DNA of 64,000 nt from a virus. Positions 19,361 to 29,842 of this stretch are shown piece after piece. The translations under genes and the position numbers were made by a program. How positions within the stretch are numbered: the first letter of the stretch is position 1; each line of letters opens with the position of its first letter. The notes beneath the pieces are model-generated. The model was given only the letters and a program-made list of their open reading frames with translations. It did not search any database and had not been told where the DNA came from. The stretch spans positions 32,001 through 96,000 of IMG/VR virus record IMGVR_UViG_3300021440_000014, one strand, 5' to 3'.

Positions 19361-20115
19361 TCAGAAATAGTTGTATAAACGTTCGTTCCTTCTGCGTCTA
19401 AAGTTAATATATAAGTTATCGAATTCGTAAGAGTAGACCAAATAGGAGAGTTGACGTTTGTATAAAAATAAGTTGCAAAACTAGGTCCACCTAAAGTAGG
19501 ATAAACTACAGTTCTGTTTACAAGTTGAGGTTTTATATATATAACTTTTGTTTTGCTTGTGCCAGCCTGCAAACCAGTTACATTCGTTATACTTATGTTA
19601 TTAGTAAGATACCAAGTCTCTGTTGGGACTTCCAAGTTTACTGTTAAATTACTGTTTACAGTGCTATTCGTGGCAACGTTTATAGTCGTTAAATTTTGAT
19701 ATATTTCCTGATGTGAATCTATCCAAAAAGTAGTTCCATTATATCTCATTGTGAACCAATTAGTTGACGGAGCCGCAGACATAAATGGAGTCGTAAAATT
19801 AGGCCCATTTGTAGGGAAATAAGCTATAGTAGAGTTGGTATTAACTACCTCTAAAACTATCGAGGCATAAGTTGATCCCGAACTTGGAACATTCGTCCAA
19901 GAAATAGAGAAATCATTACTCGGAGTAGCTCGGTAGTAATTCGTATTCCAACTGAGTAATACGTTTGTCGTATTGCCCAAATCAACCTGAGAATTTCTAA
20001 GTGCCGTTGGGACTAATTTTCTAGTAGAAGAATCGTATATTACAGTATTATATGTTGCCGCAAAAATAGAATTAAGCGTCAAAAAAAACAAGCAAATTAT
20101 TAATATTTTTTTCAT
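19351..20115 (-). CDS. Secreted fibre/adaptor-like protein, copy A1 (Thr/Asn-rich)
   Basis: Signal peptide MKKILIICLFFLTLNSIFA; two similar beta domains; many TN/NxT motifs. Confidence 0.6.
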   Translation of the reverse strand: MKKILIICLFFLTLNSIFAATYNTVIYDSSTRKLVPTALRNSQVDLGNTTNVLLSWNTNYYRATPSNDFSISWTNVPSSGSTYASIVLEVVNTNSTIAYFPTNGPNFTTPFMSAAPSTNWFTMRYNGTTFWIDSHQEIYQNLTTINVATNSTVNSNLTVNLEVPTETWYLTNNISITNVTGLQAGTSKTKVIYIKPQLVNRTVVYPTLGGPSFATYFYTNVNSPIWSTLTNSITYILTLDAEGTNVYTTISEWK

Positions 20116-20438
20116 TAAGAAACGTCCTCAATTACAGCGAAAATAAAATTATTTCCGGGTGGAAAAGTCATTTGGTTAGAGTCAGGAAAAGTTACCAAAA
20201 ACTCACCTTCATAAAAACCTTTTACAGATGTATCTCCAGAAACCCATGAATATTGGGCTATTCCCTGAGATGCGTCATAAACAGAGCCAGTCCTAGTAAT
20301 TATATCTCCAGAAGGGCGCAATTTATAATTAAAATTGACCAAGCAACCAGAGAGGTTAATGTTCTCTTCATTAGAGTCCTGTAGTTGAACTCTTAATACA
20401 GGGAGCACGTCCCCCTTTTTTAAATAAAAATCTATCAT
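20115..20438 (-). CDS. BppU N-terminal-like (Ig-like fibre attachment) protein
   Basis: LKKGDVLP.LRVQL...INLSG...GIAQYSW..GDT...G.Y.GEF.VTF....TFP matches the BppU_N/DUF2479 pattern. Confidence 0.75.
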   Translation of the reverse strand: MIDFYLKKGDVLPVLRVQLQDSNEENINLSGCLVNFNYKLRPSGDIITRTGSVYDASQGIAQYSWVSGDTSVKGFYEGEFLVTFPDSNQMTFPPGNNFIFAVIEDVS

Positions 20439-20452
20439 AAAATATTTTACAC

Positions 20453-23400
20453 TTATAACTTCCTAATAACTGTCCTGCTATCCGAATACGGACTCTTTAT
20501 GGTTATAAAATTACCAGCATTTTTAATCTTTGGATTTAAATTCGCATTAGAGTTTTTTATAATTATAGAACTTGAAGGAGCGACAAAAATCCTTGCTCTT
20601 GCAGACTGATGAACAGAAGAATAAGGTGCAGAACCAATAAGAGCTTTACCTGAAATGCTCTTGTCCAAAGATTTTCTAATTCTTGCAATCGCATTAATAT
20701 ATTTCTGAGCAACTAATGAAACTCTAGCTCTAGCAAGTATATTTTTGAAATTAGCATTCGCGATACTAGAAACAGCAAATTGATTTCTAAATACAGATCT
20801 AGATACTCTAGCAATAGAATTAATATTTTTCTGCGAAGAAATTTTAATCCTTGCGATTGCTAACTGATTCTTTAAGTAAAGAACTGATATAGAAGCCCTT
20901 GAAGACTGATTATAAGAGCTTGTTCTTGTTACTCTTGCTAACGATTGCTGGTTTTTAGCCAACGTAGCCGCAATCCTAGCTCTACCAGAGATAGACTGAA
21001 CCTGTAACGCGCTTCCAATTCTAGCAATACCAGATATATTTAAGCTATTCGTTTTACGTATCCTAGATATAGCCTGAATATTTTGAGCAGAAGATATATA
21101 AATAGAGCTTCTTGCGCTAATATTCTGAGAATAAGTTCTAGAAATTCTTGATACAGCATTTAAATTCTTCTGAGCCGAAGAAGTTATTCTTGCTCTAGCT
21201 GTAATTGAGTTTTGCTGTAATGCTGAACCGATTCGAGATACAGCAGAAATATTGTAACCTAAAGATTTAGATAACCTAGAGATAGCCTGAATATTATAGC
21301 TATTTGTTTTTGATACTCTGGATAAAGCAGATTGATTTTTATCAAAAGTTCTCTTTACTCTTGATAAAGCCTGAATATTTTGCTGTCTTACAGCAGTAAT
21401 GCGCGAAACAGAGCTTATATTAGCCGTATTCTGCTTTTGTATCCTAGATACAGAAGAGATATTTCTATTATATGTAGCTTTAACTCTCGATACGCCACTT
21501 ATGCTATAACTAGAGCTATTTTTAATTCTAGCTATACCTTGTTGGTTTTTCGAGGCAGAAGGATTGCCGATATAAGCTCTACCAGAAATACTAGAGAACC
21601 CAATGCTGTCTTGAGAAACTCTTAATGTTACCGTATCTCCCTCTAGGACAAGATAAATTCTATGATACGTTCCATCATCGGGGCAATATAGTATTACGTC
21701 ATTTCTATAGGGGCTTGAAGTCTCCGTTTGATTTATAGAAACGAATACATTATTAGAGTCTGATTCGTCCGCGAAAACATTGTAAGCTTTAGCGGAATCT
21801 TGGCAGAACAAGTTCCAGTTTAAAGCCGCAGAAGGAGGATTAGACTGATATTGGTCTATGTTTAATGTATAAACTCCATCCTGAGTTCTTAATCTTAGGG
21901 CATACCAGTTACTAGAATTTCCTAAAATTAAAACATCTGTGGAGTCCGCATTTTTAATTACTCTTGCTACCGACTGCTGATAAACGGAGCTAGGAGTTCC
22001 ACTCGAAATATATGCTCTGGCCTGCTGAGTCTTATTAACTTGACCTCTTATGTTAGAAGTTCCAGAAATACTTCTGTCTATAGCTGCTGTTCCAATCCTA
22101 GCGACAGCCTGAATGCTCTTTATAGCTGGGGCTTTAACATTCGCTAAAGACTGAATATTTTTGCTATAAGAAACTTTTATTCTAGATATAGAGCTTTGAT
22201 TTTTGCTGCTCGTTAAAGATATCCTAGATATAGCCTGTTGGAATTTTAAGCTGGAATTGGATATTCTTGCTCTTCCTTGAATATTATTCTGTTTTGCGGA
22301 AGTTATTCTTGAAACAGATTGAATATTATAATTAGAAGCTTTCGATAATCTAGATATAGCAGATTGATTTTTCGAGAACGAAGCAGAAATTCTAGCAATC
22401 GACTGCTGATTCTTGGATATAGATATTTTTATCCTAGAAATGGCTTGAATACTATACAGCCTAGAATTGGCGACACGCGCCAAAGCCTGTATATTATTAT
22501 TACCTTTAGTCGCTGTTATTCTGGCTATACCTTGCTGATTTTTGGAAACAGAAGAGGTTATTCTAGAAACGGACTGAATATTATAAAGCTTAGAATTAAC
22601 AACTCTCGATATAGATTGTATGTTGTTATTATTCTTTGTGGCTGTTATTCTGGATAGAGCCTGCTGATTCTTTTGAGTAGAAATGAATATTCTAGAAACA
22701 GATTGGATATTATAAAATCTAGCATTGACTATTCTTGCCGTGCTCTGGATGAAATAGTTTTTACCAGAAGTAATTCTTGATATCGCTTGTTGATTTTTAT
22801 TTAGTGAATTTCTAACGGAAGAAATAGACTGAATAAATTTTTGGCCAGACGCAGTAATCTTAGCGACAGAAGATATATTCTTGAATAAACTATTACTAAT
22901 TCTAGCTCTTGCTTGCTGGAAATTATTAGTTTTAGCAGACGTTATTCTTGAGACTGCACTTAAATTATAATTACGACCAACGGAAATCCTAGAAATACCC
23001 TGTTGGTTCTTCTGAAAACTATTAGATATCTTAGCGATACCCTGAATACTTTTATTATTAGATACTGTTATCCTTGATCTTCCAGATATAGAATAATCTA
23101 AAGTTTTCGAAACCCTAGCCAAAGATTGCTGGTTCTTCTGATTGGCTATGTAAATTCTAGATATCGACTGGATATTTTTCGCTGAAGAATTTGACAGTCT
23201 AGATACAGAAGAAATATTATACTGACTACTTCTACTTACTCTAGAAATAGCCTGTATATTATAAAATTTAGATAAAGATATTCTTGATATCGCCTGCTGA
23301 TTTATAAAAGAAGATTTATAAATTCTGGCAACAGACTGTATATTTTTGGATACACTTGACTGAATTCTAGCTTTAGCTTGCTGATCCGCAGAGTCTACAA

Positions 23401-24940
23401 CTTTAATTCTAGATACTGCTTGAATATATTCTAGGTTAAAATTAGAAATTCTAGATATAGCCTGAATGTTTTTCTGGGTAGACTGTAAAATACTAGACTT
23501 ACCTTGTATATAATAATTGGAAGTAGAACTTCCTCCCCCGCCACCAGAAGGCGCATTACCAGTAAAAGGATTTAAAGCAACGGCATGTAAAAGAGCATTT
23601 GATGCCGCCATTTCAACGCTAATGTAGCCGCTTGTAAAAATGTCTCTTTCATCTAAACCATCGTTTGTAGTGCTAAACGCTGCGTTTGGCTGAGTATTAT
23701 AAACAGTTAAAGTTCCAGAGGTTCCAGATCCACCAACATCATTTGCGTATGTAAAGTTTACCGCAAATCTTTGGCTGGGACTACCAGTGACAAGAAAATC
23801 ATACCTTGGTGAAGCTTTATATCCTGAAAATTTAGATCCAGTTGGACTTGTTAAATTAACTCCAGAATATTCTATTAAACCGGCAGCTAAAGTAATTGTA
23901 TCGAAAGCCCCGCCAGTGCTTTGAATTCTTACTGTAAATGGATTATTACCAGTTCTGGGATTTAAAAGATAATATTGGTGAGCGTGATTCCAAAATGGAT
24001 CAATCGTCTTACCTATCTCCGTAAAAACTTGATCTCCCCAACAAACACCAGAAATTCCAGAAGGATTAATGCCAGTTGTTACATTACTTTGATTATATGT
24101 AATGTTAGCTATTAATATTGTATTATTATTCGAGTAAGAAGTAAACCCAGAATAAGAAACTACGTATCCGCTACTTGAGGGATCGAAAATAGATCTTTCT
24201 CCTTTGCCGGATATTAAGGCAATTGTAGTTGGCCTGTATAAAGATGCTACGCTAGATTGATTTCTACTATTTTGCCTAGTAATTCTAGAAATACCCGAAT
24301 TACGACCATAGCCCCAAGTCGTAATAGGGTTAGAGAAACCAAGCCAAGGGTTGCCCGTTTGAGTTCCAGACTCTATATAAGGCAAATCTCCAGATTGTGC
24401 ATTGTAACCAAATCTATGCGTCGCCGTTCTAGATGTCGCCAACGCTTCGTAGGCTATAAAACCAACTTCAACAACTAATCTATCACCACCAGAAACGTTA
24501 ATATTTCCGCTGACTCCAGTATAAGGAGGGAAAAATCTTCCGCTTAAAGTAGGGGATAGAGGAAACTCCTGAGATGTTCCAGAATTGGGAAATCCAGAAT
24601 AAATTACGGCTCTTAAAGCGTTAGTAGGAGTAACAGCTTTAATAAGTATAGCATACTGCTGGTTAGCTAATAAGTTATTCTCGGAAACTTGAATGATACC
24701 GCTAATAAAACCGCTAATAGACTGCGTGGCTAATTCATCAGAAACGTATTGGCGAGTAAGAACCCTATAAGGGGTTGTAGCGATTGCTTTTGTGCTTAAC
24801 TTTCCAGTAAAAGCATGGTTAACTGGATTTATGCTGAGGTATCTTTTATCCGCTTCAGTAGTTCTATTCCAGCCGCTCTCGTAATTAATGTTCGTTACGG
24901 GCGCATTACCAGACTGAATAAAATAAAAACGATATGGCAT
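20453..24940 (-). CDS. 1495-aa virion-associated repeat protein
   Basis: Two N-terminal globular domains, a Gly linker, then dozens of 14-15-aa repeats (..KNIQ.ISRI) interrupted by a triple CPDDG-type module. Confidence 0.7.
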   Translation of the reverse strand: MPYRFYFIQSGNAPVTNINYESGWNRTTEADKRYLSINPVNHAFTGKLSTKAIATTPYRVLTRQYVSDELATQSISGFISGIIQVSENNLLANQQYAILIKAVTPTNALRAVIYSGFPNSGTSQEFPLSPTLSGRFFPPYTGVSGNINVSGGDRLVVEVGFIAYEALATSRTATHRFGYNAQSGDLPYIESGTQTGNPWLGFSNPITTWGYGRNSGISRITRQNSRNQSSVASLYRPTTIALISGKGERSIFDPSSSGYVVSYSGFTSYSNNNTILIANITYNQSNVTTGINPSGISGVCWGDQVFTEIGKTIDPFWNHAHQYYLLNPRTGNNPFTVRIQSTGGAFDTITLAAGLIEYSGVNLTSPTGSKFSGYKASPRYDFLVTGSPSQRFAVNFTYANDVGGSGTSGTLTVYNTQPNAAFSTTNDGLDERDIFTSGYISVEMAASNALLHAVALNPFTGNAPSGGGGGSSTSNYYIQGKSSILQSTQKNIQAISRISNFNLEYIQAVSRIKVVDSADQQAKARIQSSVSKNIQSVARIYKSSFINQQAISRISLSKFYNIQAISRVSRSSQYNISSVSRLSNSSAKNIQSISRIYIANQKNQQSLARVSKTLDYSISGRSRITVSNNKSIQGIAKISNSFQKNQQGISRISVGRNYNLSAVSRITSAKTNNFQQARARISNSLFKNISSVAKITASGQKFIQSISSVRNSLNKNQQAISRITSGKNYFIQSTARIVNARFYNIQSVSRIFISTQKNQQALSRITATKNNNNIQSISRVVNSKLYNIQSVSRITSSVSKNQQGIARITATKGNNNIQALARVANSRLYSIQAISRIKISISKNQQSIARISASFSKNQSAISRLSKASNYNIQSVSRITSAKQNNIQGRARISNSSLKFQQAISRISLTSSKNQSSISRIKVSYSKNIQSLANVKAPAIKSIQAVARIGTAAIDRSISGTSNIRGQVNKTQQARAYISSGTPSSVYQQSVARVIKNADSTDVLILGNSSNWYALRLRTQDGVYTLNIDQYQSNPPSAALNWNLFCQDSAKAYNVFADESDSNNVFVSINQTETSSPYRNDVILYCPDDGTYHRIYLVLEGDTVTLRVSQDSIGFSSISGRAYIGNPSASKNQQGIARIKNSSSYSISGVSRVKATYNRNISSVSRIQKQNTANISSVSRITAVRQQNIQALSRVKRTFDKNQSALSRVSKTNSYNIQAISRLSKSLGYNISAVSRIGSALQQNSITARARITSSAQKNLNAVSRISRTYSQNISARSSIYISSAQNIQAISRIRKTNSLNISGIARIGSALQVQSISGRARIAATLAKNQQSLARVTRTSSYNQSSRASISVLYLKNQLAIARIKISSQKNINSIARVSRSVFRNQFAVSSIANANFKNILARARVSLVAQKYINAIARIRKSLDKSISGKALIGSAPYSSVHQSARARIFVAPSSSIIIKNSNANLNPKIKNAGNFITIKSPYSDSRTVIRKL

Positions 24941-25014
24941 AAAAACTTAACCATATCTCTACTTTTATATTGTATTATAACTAAGAGATATTGTATTATC
25001 TCTATTTATTACAC

Positions 25015-25413
25015 TTATTCTAGCTCAATAACATATTGCACATTATTGCCATGAATATCTAACGCTTGCCAACCTAACTTAAATGTGACTTCTTTATGTA
25101 GCGGCTCTAAACCTTGAGTAAAATTCAAAACATTTCTTCTGAAATAGATAATTCTTCTATTGGTAAAAAAATGCTCGGAATTGTGGATGTTAAATTTTAC
25201 TCCATTAACTTCAAAATGCCCATCATTTAAATCTACTAAATAATCATTAACTCCGTCCGCCAAGCAAAACAACTCTAATTGATTACCGTTTTCCTCTTCT
25301 TTTAAAACGTCGTAAAATGAAGATTTTAATGGATCTATGGAAGAAATGTCGTCGGGCTGTTGTTGCAAAATTTTACCGTCTTTAAATCTGGCTGCAAATA
25401 GATATTTTAGCAT
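25015..25413 (-). CDS. Hypothetical protein
   Basis: 132-aa ORF, co-oriented with the module. Confidence 0.7.
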   Translation of the reverse strand: MLKYLFAARFKDGKILQQQPDDISSIDPLKSSFYDVLKEEENGNQLELFCLADGVNDYLVDLNDGHFEVNGVKFNIHNSEHFFTNRRIIYFRRNVLNFTQGLEPLHKEVTFKLGWQALDIHGNNVQYVIELE

Positions 25414-25514
25414 ATTAGTATATTAATTCCTATTTCTTATAAAAAATAAAACCCATATAATAAATTATATGAGTTTTGTTGAATTTATCTAGTTAATTTT
25501 CGTCTTATCTCAAA

Positions 25515-26057
25515 TCAGTTTTCATCAAATCTGAGAGATAGCGTAATTATTGCAGAATCGCCGGGGGGTGCAGCAGCAGAAGTCTTTAACTGAGTTACCA
25601 AATAACTCGTATAACCAGTAGAAGGCAATGTAGTTGCAGCCGCTCTAGCATTTTCAGGACCAGTAGTTCCAAAGAAAACAGGAACGCCAGTAGTTAGAAG
25701 ACCCGTAAGAGTCAAATCAACAGCAGTTCCAGCCAATGCAGTAGTGGCAGGAGTTGTGTAGCCCGAAATACCAGTATAAACTAACGTGAATCCGGGTTGA
25801 GTAAAGTCACCAGTAGTATGTTGGAATAAGCAATTGCTAATCTGGTTGAAAGTTCCCGAGAAAACTCCAAACTGATATTTTGGATAGCTATTACTTCCAG
25901 CCGAAATCGGAGAAGAAGAGTAAACAGTGTTTACGTCATCTGTATTCTTCCAATTTGCTTGAGAAACGTTGAAAGTTCTAGTAGTCCCCTTTGAGGCTCC
26001 GCTCAAAGATGCTACGGCAGTTCCATTGTCTTCCGCCCAAAAAAATGTACTAGCCAA
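25515..26057 (-). CDS. Putative minor capsid/decoration protein
   Basis: TTG start with GGAGG upstream; Thr/Ser/Gly-rich; ends LSLRFDEN; immediately after the MCP gene. Confidence 0.55.
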   Translation of the reverse strand: MASTFFWAEDNGTAVASLSGASKGTTRTFNVSQANWKNTDDVNTVYSSSPISAGSNSYPKYQFGVFSGTFNQISNCLFQHTTGDFTQPGFTLVYTGISGYTTPATTALAGTAVDLTLTGLLTTGVPVFFGTTGPENARAAATTLPSTGYTSYLVTQLKTSAAAPPGDSAIITLSLRFDEN

Positions 26058-26152
26058 GATAGACCTCCAGTTTTAATTGTTTGAAATTTTTCATATATTA
26101 AATTAATTCAATAAGATTTACACCAAAATATTTAAATAGTCTTTAAGGTTTT

Positions 26153-26186
26153 AAAAAAAAACGACTTACGTTTTTGCGTAAGTCGC
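26153..26186 (-). terminator. Terminator after the major capsid gene
   Basis: CGACTTACG...CGTAAGTCG hairpin with an A9 run (U-tract on - strand). Confidence 0.85.
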
Positions 26187-26207
26187 TTGTTATTTTATCT
26201 CTTGATA

Positions 26208-27305
26208 TTAGACAATCAAGCCGCAAACGCCACGGGCGTCAACGCAAACTCTACCTTCTTCAAGGGCACCGTAAGTTCCGATCTTTTCAGAACGGGAAAC
26301 CCACTGGTCGTCAGGAACCACGCTGAACGTAGAACCAGAGTCAGCATTTTGAGCGATAGGACGAATAAACGCTTCTCTGCTCAAGTCGAAACCAATCAAG
26401 ATTTCATCGTTTGAAGCACTGAAGGTAGCACCGTCATAGTTAGTTGAACCTGCGAATTCCGAGAAGAGAACGTTATACTTCTTACCTGCGCCAAGTTCTA
26501 GCAAGTCCGTTATAGAAACTCCATAGATTTCAGAGCTACCAGCAGAGTTGAAGATATTCTCACGAATAGCGTCAGGAAGAGGAATAGAAGTCGTGCCAGA
26601 TCCAGCCTGACGAGTATTCATCGGGTTGAATGCGAAGTTACGAATCTGTTCTTTAACTTCTGGGCTAACAAATAAGTCAGTAAGACCTTCCGTGTCAACT
26701 CCAGTTGCGGTTCCACCGTTGAAAGCGGCGTTAATTCTGCGAAGCTTAGTGATAAGCTTGCTCAAATCAGGAACAATAAACACGTCGTCTGTTCCAGACT
26801 GATAAACGTGCTGTAACCCCTGAGTGCTCGCTTCGGCAAGAGCCTTAAGAACAACCGCCCAAGCATTACGCTCCTGTTTAATAAGGATTTCCTGAGCCAT
26901 TCTCTCCGTTGCTTTAGCAACAACATCCAAGCGCGAACGTCTAGCATATTTCTTCATGAAAGAAATCGCTGAGTCGAGACGGTATGTGGAGATTTTCATC
27001 TCTTTCACGCCTTCAACTTGGTTCGTAGGAAGACCACCAGCTTGAGATTGCGCCCAAGTGCTAATCGTTCCAACGCTTTCGTCGTAGTATAAGTCAAGCG
27101 GAATGCTCGGACTATCATCTTCGTTATATGGCTTGTCAGAGTAAACTCTTGAAGCTGTTCCAGCAGAATTGATAACTTGCTGAATCACGGGACCGATGAA
27201 ACCGGCGAAAATAGAAACAGCCTCATTAGAAACCGTTTGATCCTTAGATCCCATCGCCTTAATTAGCTCAATCTGGTCTGGTGTATTTTTGAATTGAATC
27301 TTCAT
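26208..27305 (-). CDS. Major capsid protein (HK97 fold inferred)
   Basis: 365 aa; order portal-protease/scaffold-decoration-MCP; followed by a strong terminator. Confidence 0.8.
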   Translation of the reverse strand: MKIQFKNTPDQIELIKAMGSKDQTVSNEAVSIFAGFIGPVIQQVINSAGTASRVYSDKPYNEDDSPSIPLDLYYDESVGTISTWAQSQAGGLPTNQVEGVKEMKISTYRLDSAISFMKKYARRSRLDVVAKATERMAQEILIKQERNAWAVVLKALAEASTQGLQHVYQSGTDDVFIVPDLSKLITKLRRINAAFNGGTATGVDTEGLTDLFVSPEVKEQIRNFAFNPMNTRQAGSGTTSIPLPDAIRENIFNSAGSSEIYGVSITDLLELGAGKKYNVLFSEFAGSTNYDGATFSASNDEILIGFDLSREAFIRPIAQNADSGSTFSVVPDDQWVSRSEKIGTYGALEEGRVCVDARGVCGLIV

Positions 27306-27338
27306 ATTTTTTAATTTTTTATCTTTCGATTATTATGA

Positions 27339-27893
27339 TTAGAGAGTGTTGATCTTGATAAGGACTAAACCGTTTGCACTCTTCGGTCCAAGAGCAATAC
27401 CGACCTTGTTAGCTTGAGGAAGCGCAGTAGCACCTGCTCCAGTAGTATGGACAGTAAGTTCTCCGTTAGTAGTAGCGTAAAGGTTTGCACCCGGAGTAAC
27501 AACTCCGTTAACTCCGCTGTATAAGAATACACCGCGAGTAACAACAGGAACAGCCTGTCCGCTTAGAGCAACCTGCATTTCTGCGGCTTTTCTTGGGTTA
27601 TAAATGAGCTTCTCTCCGTTTTCGTCGAACTCTCTCACGTCAAAGAGGGTCATACCGATAGCGGTGTCGCCCGTTGCAGTTGCGGTAACAGCAGGACGAA
27701 CTCCGTAACGCAATGAAACTACGTTAGTATAACTTGAAGCAAATGGATCTGCGGAATGGACTTCTCCATCGCTTGTCCAGCCAGTTACAATCTTGACGAA
27801 TGTTCCTTTGTTAACGTTATCGCTACCGCTGTAACGATATAAGTTAATTACATCGTGTTCATCGTAGTCTCTGAATGGTCTTAGGTTTGGCAT
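27339..27893 (-). CDS. Capsid decoration/cement protein
   Basis: 184 aa between scaffold and MCP; AIGM...VPVVTRG...VGIALG beta-tulip-like pattern. Confidence 0.65.
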   Translation of the reverse strand: MPNLRPFRDYDEHDVINLYRYSGSDNVNKGTFVKIVTGWTSDGEVHSADPFASSYTNVVSLRYGVRPAVTATATGDTAIGMTLFDVREFDENGEKLIYNPRKAAEMQVALSGQAVPVVTRGVFLYSGVNGVVTPGANLYATTNGELTVHTTGAGATALPQANKVGIALGPKSANGLVLIKINTL

Positions 27894-27930
27894 AATTTTA
27901 TTTTATAAATTTTTTAGTATTTTTTATTTA

Positions 27931-29451
27931 TTAGCGTTTTTTGATTAAAACATTTTCAGGGGCAAACGCTTTGGCCCATCTGTCTTTTTGAGAATCTTCC
28001 TTTGAAGGAGTCGCCGGAACGGAAGGAGTTTGAACCTTCGCACTTGCAACGGCATCAGCAACAACTTGCTCTTCTTGAGCTTTTTGTTCTGAAGCTACGA
28101 CAGTAGAGGCGCAGGCTTCGTCGCCTTTCTTATCCATCGGCTTTTGGCCCTTCGGCATTTTCTTCTTATTCTTCAGGAAAGTCTGAGCATTCTTTTTAAA
28201 TGCAGCATAAGACTCATCTGTTTTTAAATTTTTAATCTCGGAAGCAAGAGCAGAACGATCTTCGTCATCTAAGTTATAATCAGCGTCAAATTCGCTCATT
28301 CTAGCAGAGAAGATTTCTTCACTCTTTTTCTCTTCGATAGCTTTTTGAATCTTATCAACTTCAGCTTTTAGGGTTTCAATCTCCTTATTTGCTTTAGCAA
28401 GAGTTTCATTAAGTGTGTTAACTTCTTCTTTGTGGGCTTTTAAAAGATTTTCTTTTGCTTCTTTTTCTTTTAAGAACTCGTCGTTAGCTTTCTTAATTTC
28501 TTCAGAAACGAAATCCGTAATTGCAGAAGCTTCAATTACTTTAATGGATTCAGCGTTTATGTCTTTTAAGCTGGTAATTTTCATATTTATCTTATTCTCT
28601 TTTACATTAGTTATTTTAACTTGTGAAATATTATTTGATATATTTTCGCTCGCGGCAACCTGTAGCGAAGCGTTTTCCGTATCTATCTCCTCTTCTTTAG
28701 TCTCTTCTTCGCAAGCGACGCCTTGAACATCTGCTGCGGGAGATTCTGTAAGTCCAATGCCAATGGCTAAAACTCCTTCAGTAGGACAACGATATAAATT
28801 TTCTTCTCCAATTTTACCTTTTCCGCCAAAAGCAGTTAAATTAGCTTTTATTTTAGTAACTTCTTCTTTGTCGTTAATCACTCTTCCGTCTTCGGAATTT
28901 TTGCTATCTCCTTCTATTGCAAGAATAGAAAAATCTTTATAACCCAATTCCCAAGAAGCACTTACTTTCAAATAGTTTTGGGATTCTGGGTCAGCACAGT
29001 CTTCAATTAAATCAGCGAGTTCATCAGAAACATTTCTCCATATAACTCCTCCCAAAGTAATATTAAATGGAGAAGTCATATCTTTAACTTGCTCTAATGT
29101 TAAAGGCTTTTCTGTTCCAAACTCGGAAAAGCCCGCAGAAACAATGCATCCAACTACTTTCTTCTGATTGTGATCTAAGTTAATCGGCTTATTAATGAAA
29201 GTATCATAAATATTTAAAGCCGTAGAAGTAAGTATTACGTCTTTGTTCTTGTTAACTCTATTAACAACACATGCGCTAAAAGATATAGGAAGAAGATCGT
29301 AATTCTTTTCAGAATCAACGTCAGGCAAAAACTTCTTAAGCTGATCAATTGAAGCCAAGGAAAGATATTTGTCTTTTTCAGCCGAAACTATAGGTTTAAC
29401 AGTTAGCGAGCCGAAAATAGACTTATATTCTAATTCTTTTCTCTTTTTCAT
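27931..29451 (-). CDS. Prohead protease-scaffold fusion
   Basis: N-terminal NKNKD...KPINLDH...VVG...SASWE protease-like motifs; acidic linker; C-terminal coiled coil. Confidence 0.75.
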   Translation of the reverse strand: MKKRKELEYKSIFGSLTVKPIVSAEKDKYLSLASIDQLKKFLPDVDSEKNYDLLPISFSACVVNRVNKNKDVILTSTALNIYDTFINKPINLDHNQKKVVGCIVSAGFSEFGTEKPLTLEQVKDMTSPFNITLGGVIWRNVSDELADLIEDCADPESQNYLKVSASWELGYKDFSILAIEGDSKNSEDGRVINDKEEVTKIKANLTAFGGKGKIGEENLYRCPTEGVLAIGIGLTESPAADVQGVACEEETKEEEIDTENASLQVAASENISNNISQVKITNVKENKINMKITSLKDINAESIKVIEASAITDFVSEEIKKANDEFLKEKEAKENLLKAHKEEVNTLNETLAKANKEIETLKAEVDKIQKAIEEKKSEEIFSARMSEFDADYNLDDEDRSALASEIKNLKTDESYAAFKKNAQTFLKNKKKMPKGQKPMDKKGDEACASTVVASEQKAQEEQVVADAVASAKVQTPSVPATPSKEDSQKDRWAKAFAPENVLIKKR

Positions 29452-29813
29452 TTCTTTTTAATGTAAGCCGCGTTAAGAACTTTGTTTTTAGGGTTGGCAG
29501 AAGAAGCGGAAATATAAATAGAAGGAACTTCTACTTCGTAATCATCTTCCATTCCACAGGCTTTTAAAGCCTTCATCATTTGGCTTGATGATTTAATTTT
29601 AGGTAAGTGACCTTTTCCATGATCGTAAGTATATTTATAAAAATCTTCAGTTATGTAATTTATTCTTGAATGAATATTGCTCATCGCATACATTAGATCT
29701 TCCATCATGACCTTCATTTTGTCGGAAGAAGTATAATCATCAGCACTAACTGTCTTTAATTTACTTTCTATTGTGGCAAAACTTTTTGAAAGTTCTTCAA
29801 TTTTTTCTTTCAT
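29448..29813 (-). CDS. Hypothetical protein
   Basis: 121 aa; GTGTAA at 29828-29833 heads the capsid operon. Confidence 0.65.
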   Translation of the reverse strand: MKEKIEELSKSFATIESKLKTVSADDYTSSDKMKVMMEDLMYAMSNIHSRINYITEDFYKYTYDHGKGHLPKIKSSSQMMKALKACGMEDDYEVEVPSIYISASSANPKNKVLNAAYIKKK

Positions 29814-29842
29814 AAATCTAAGAAATGTTACACTTAATAAAA

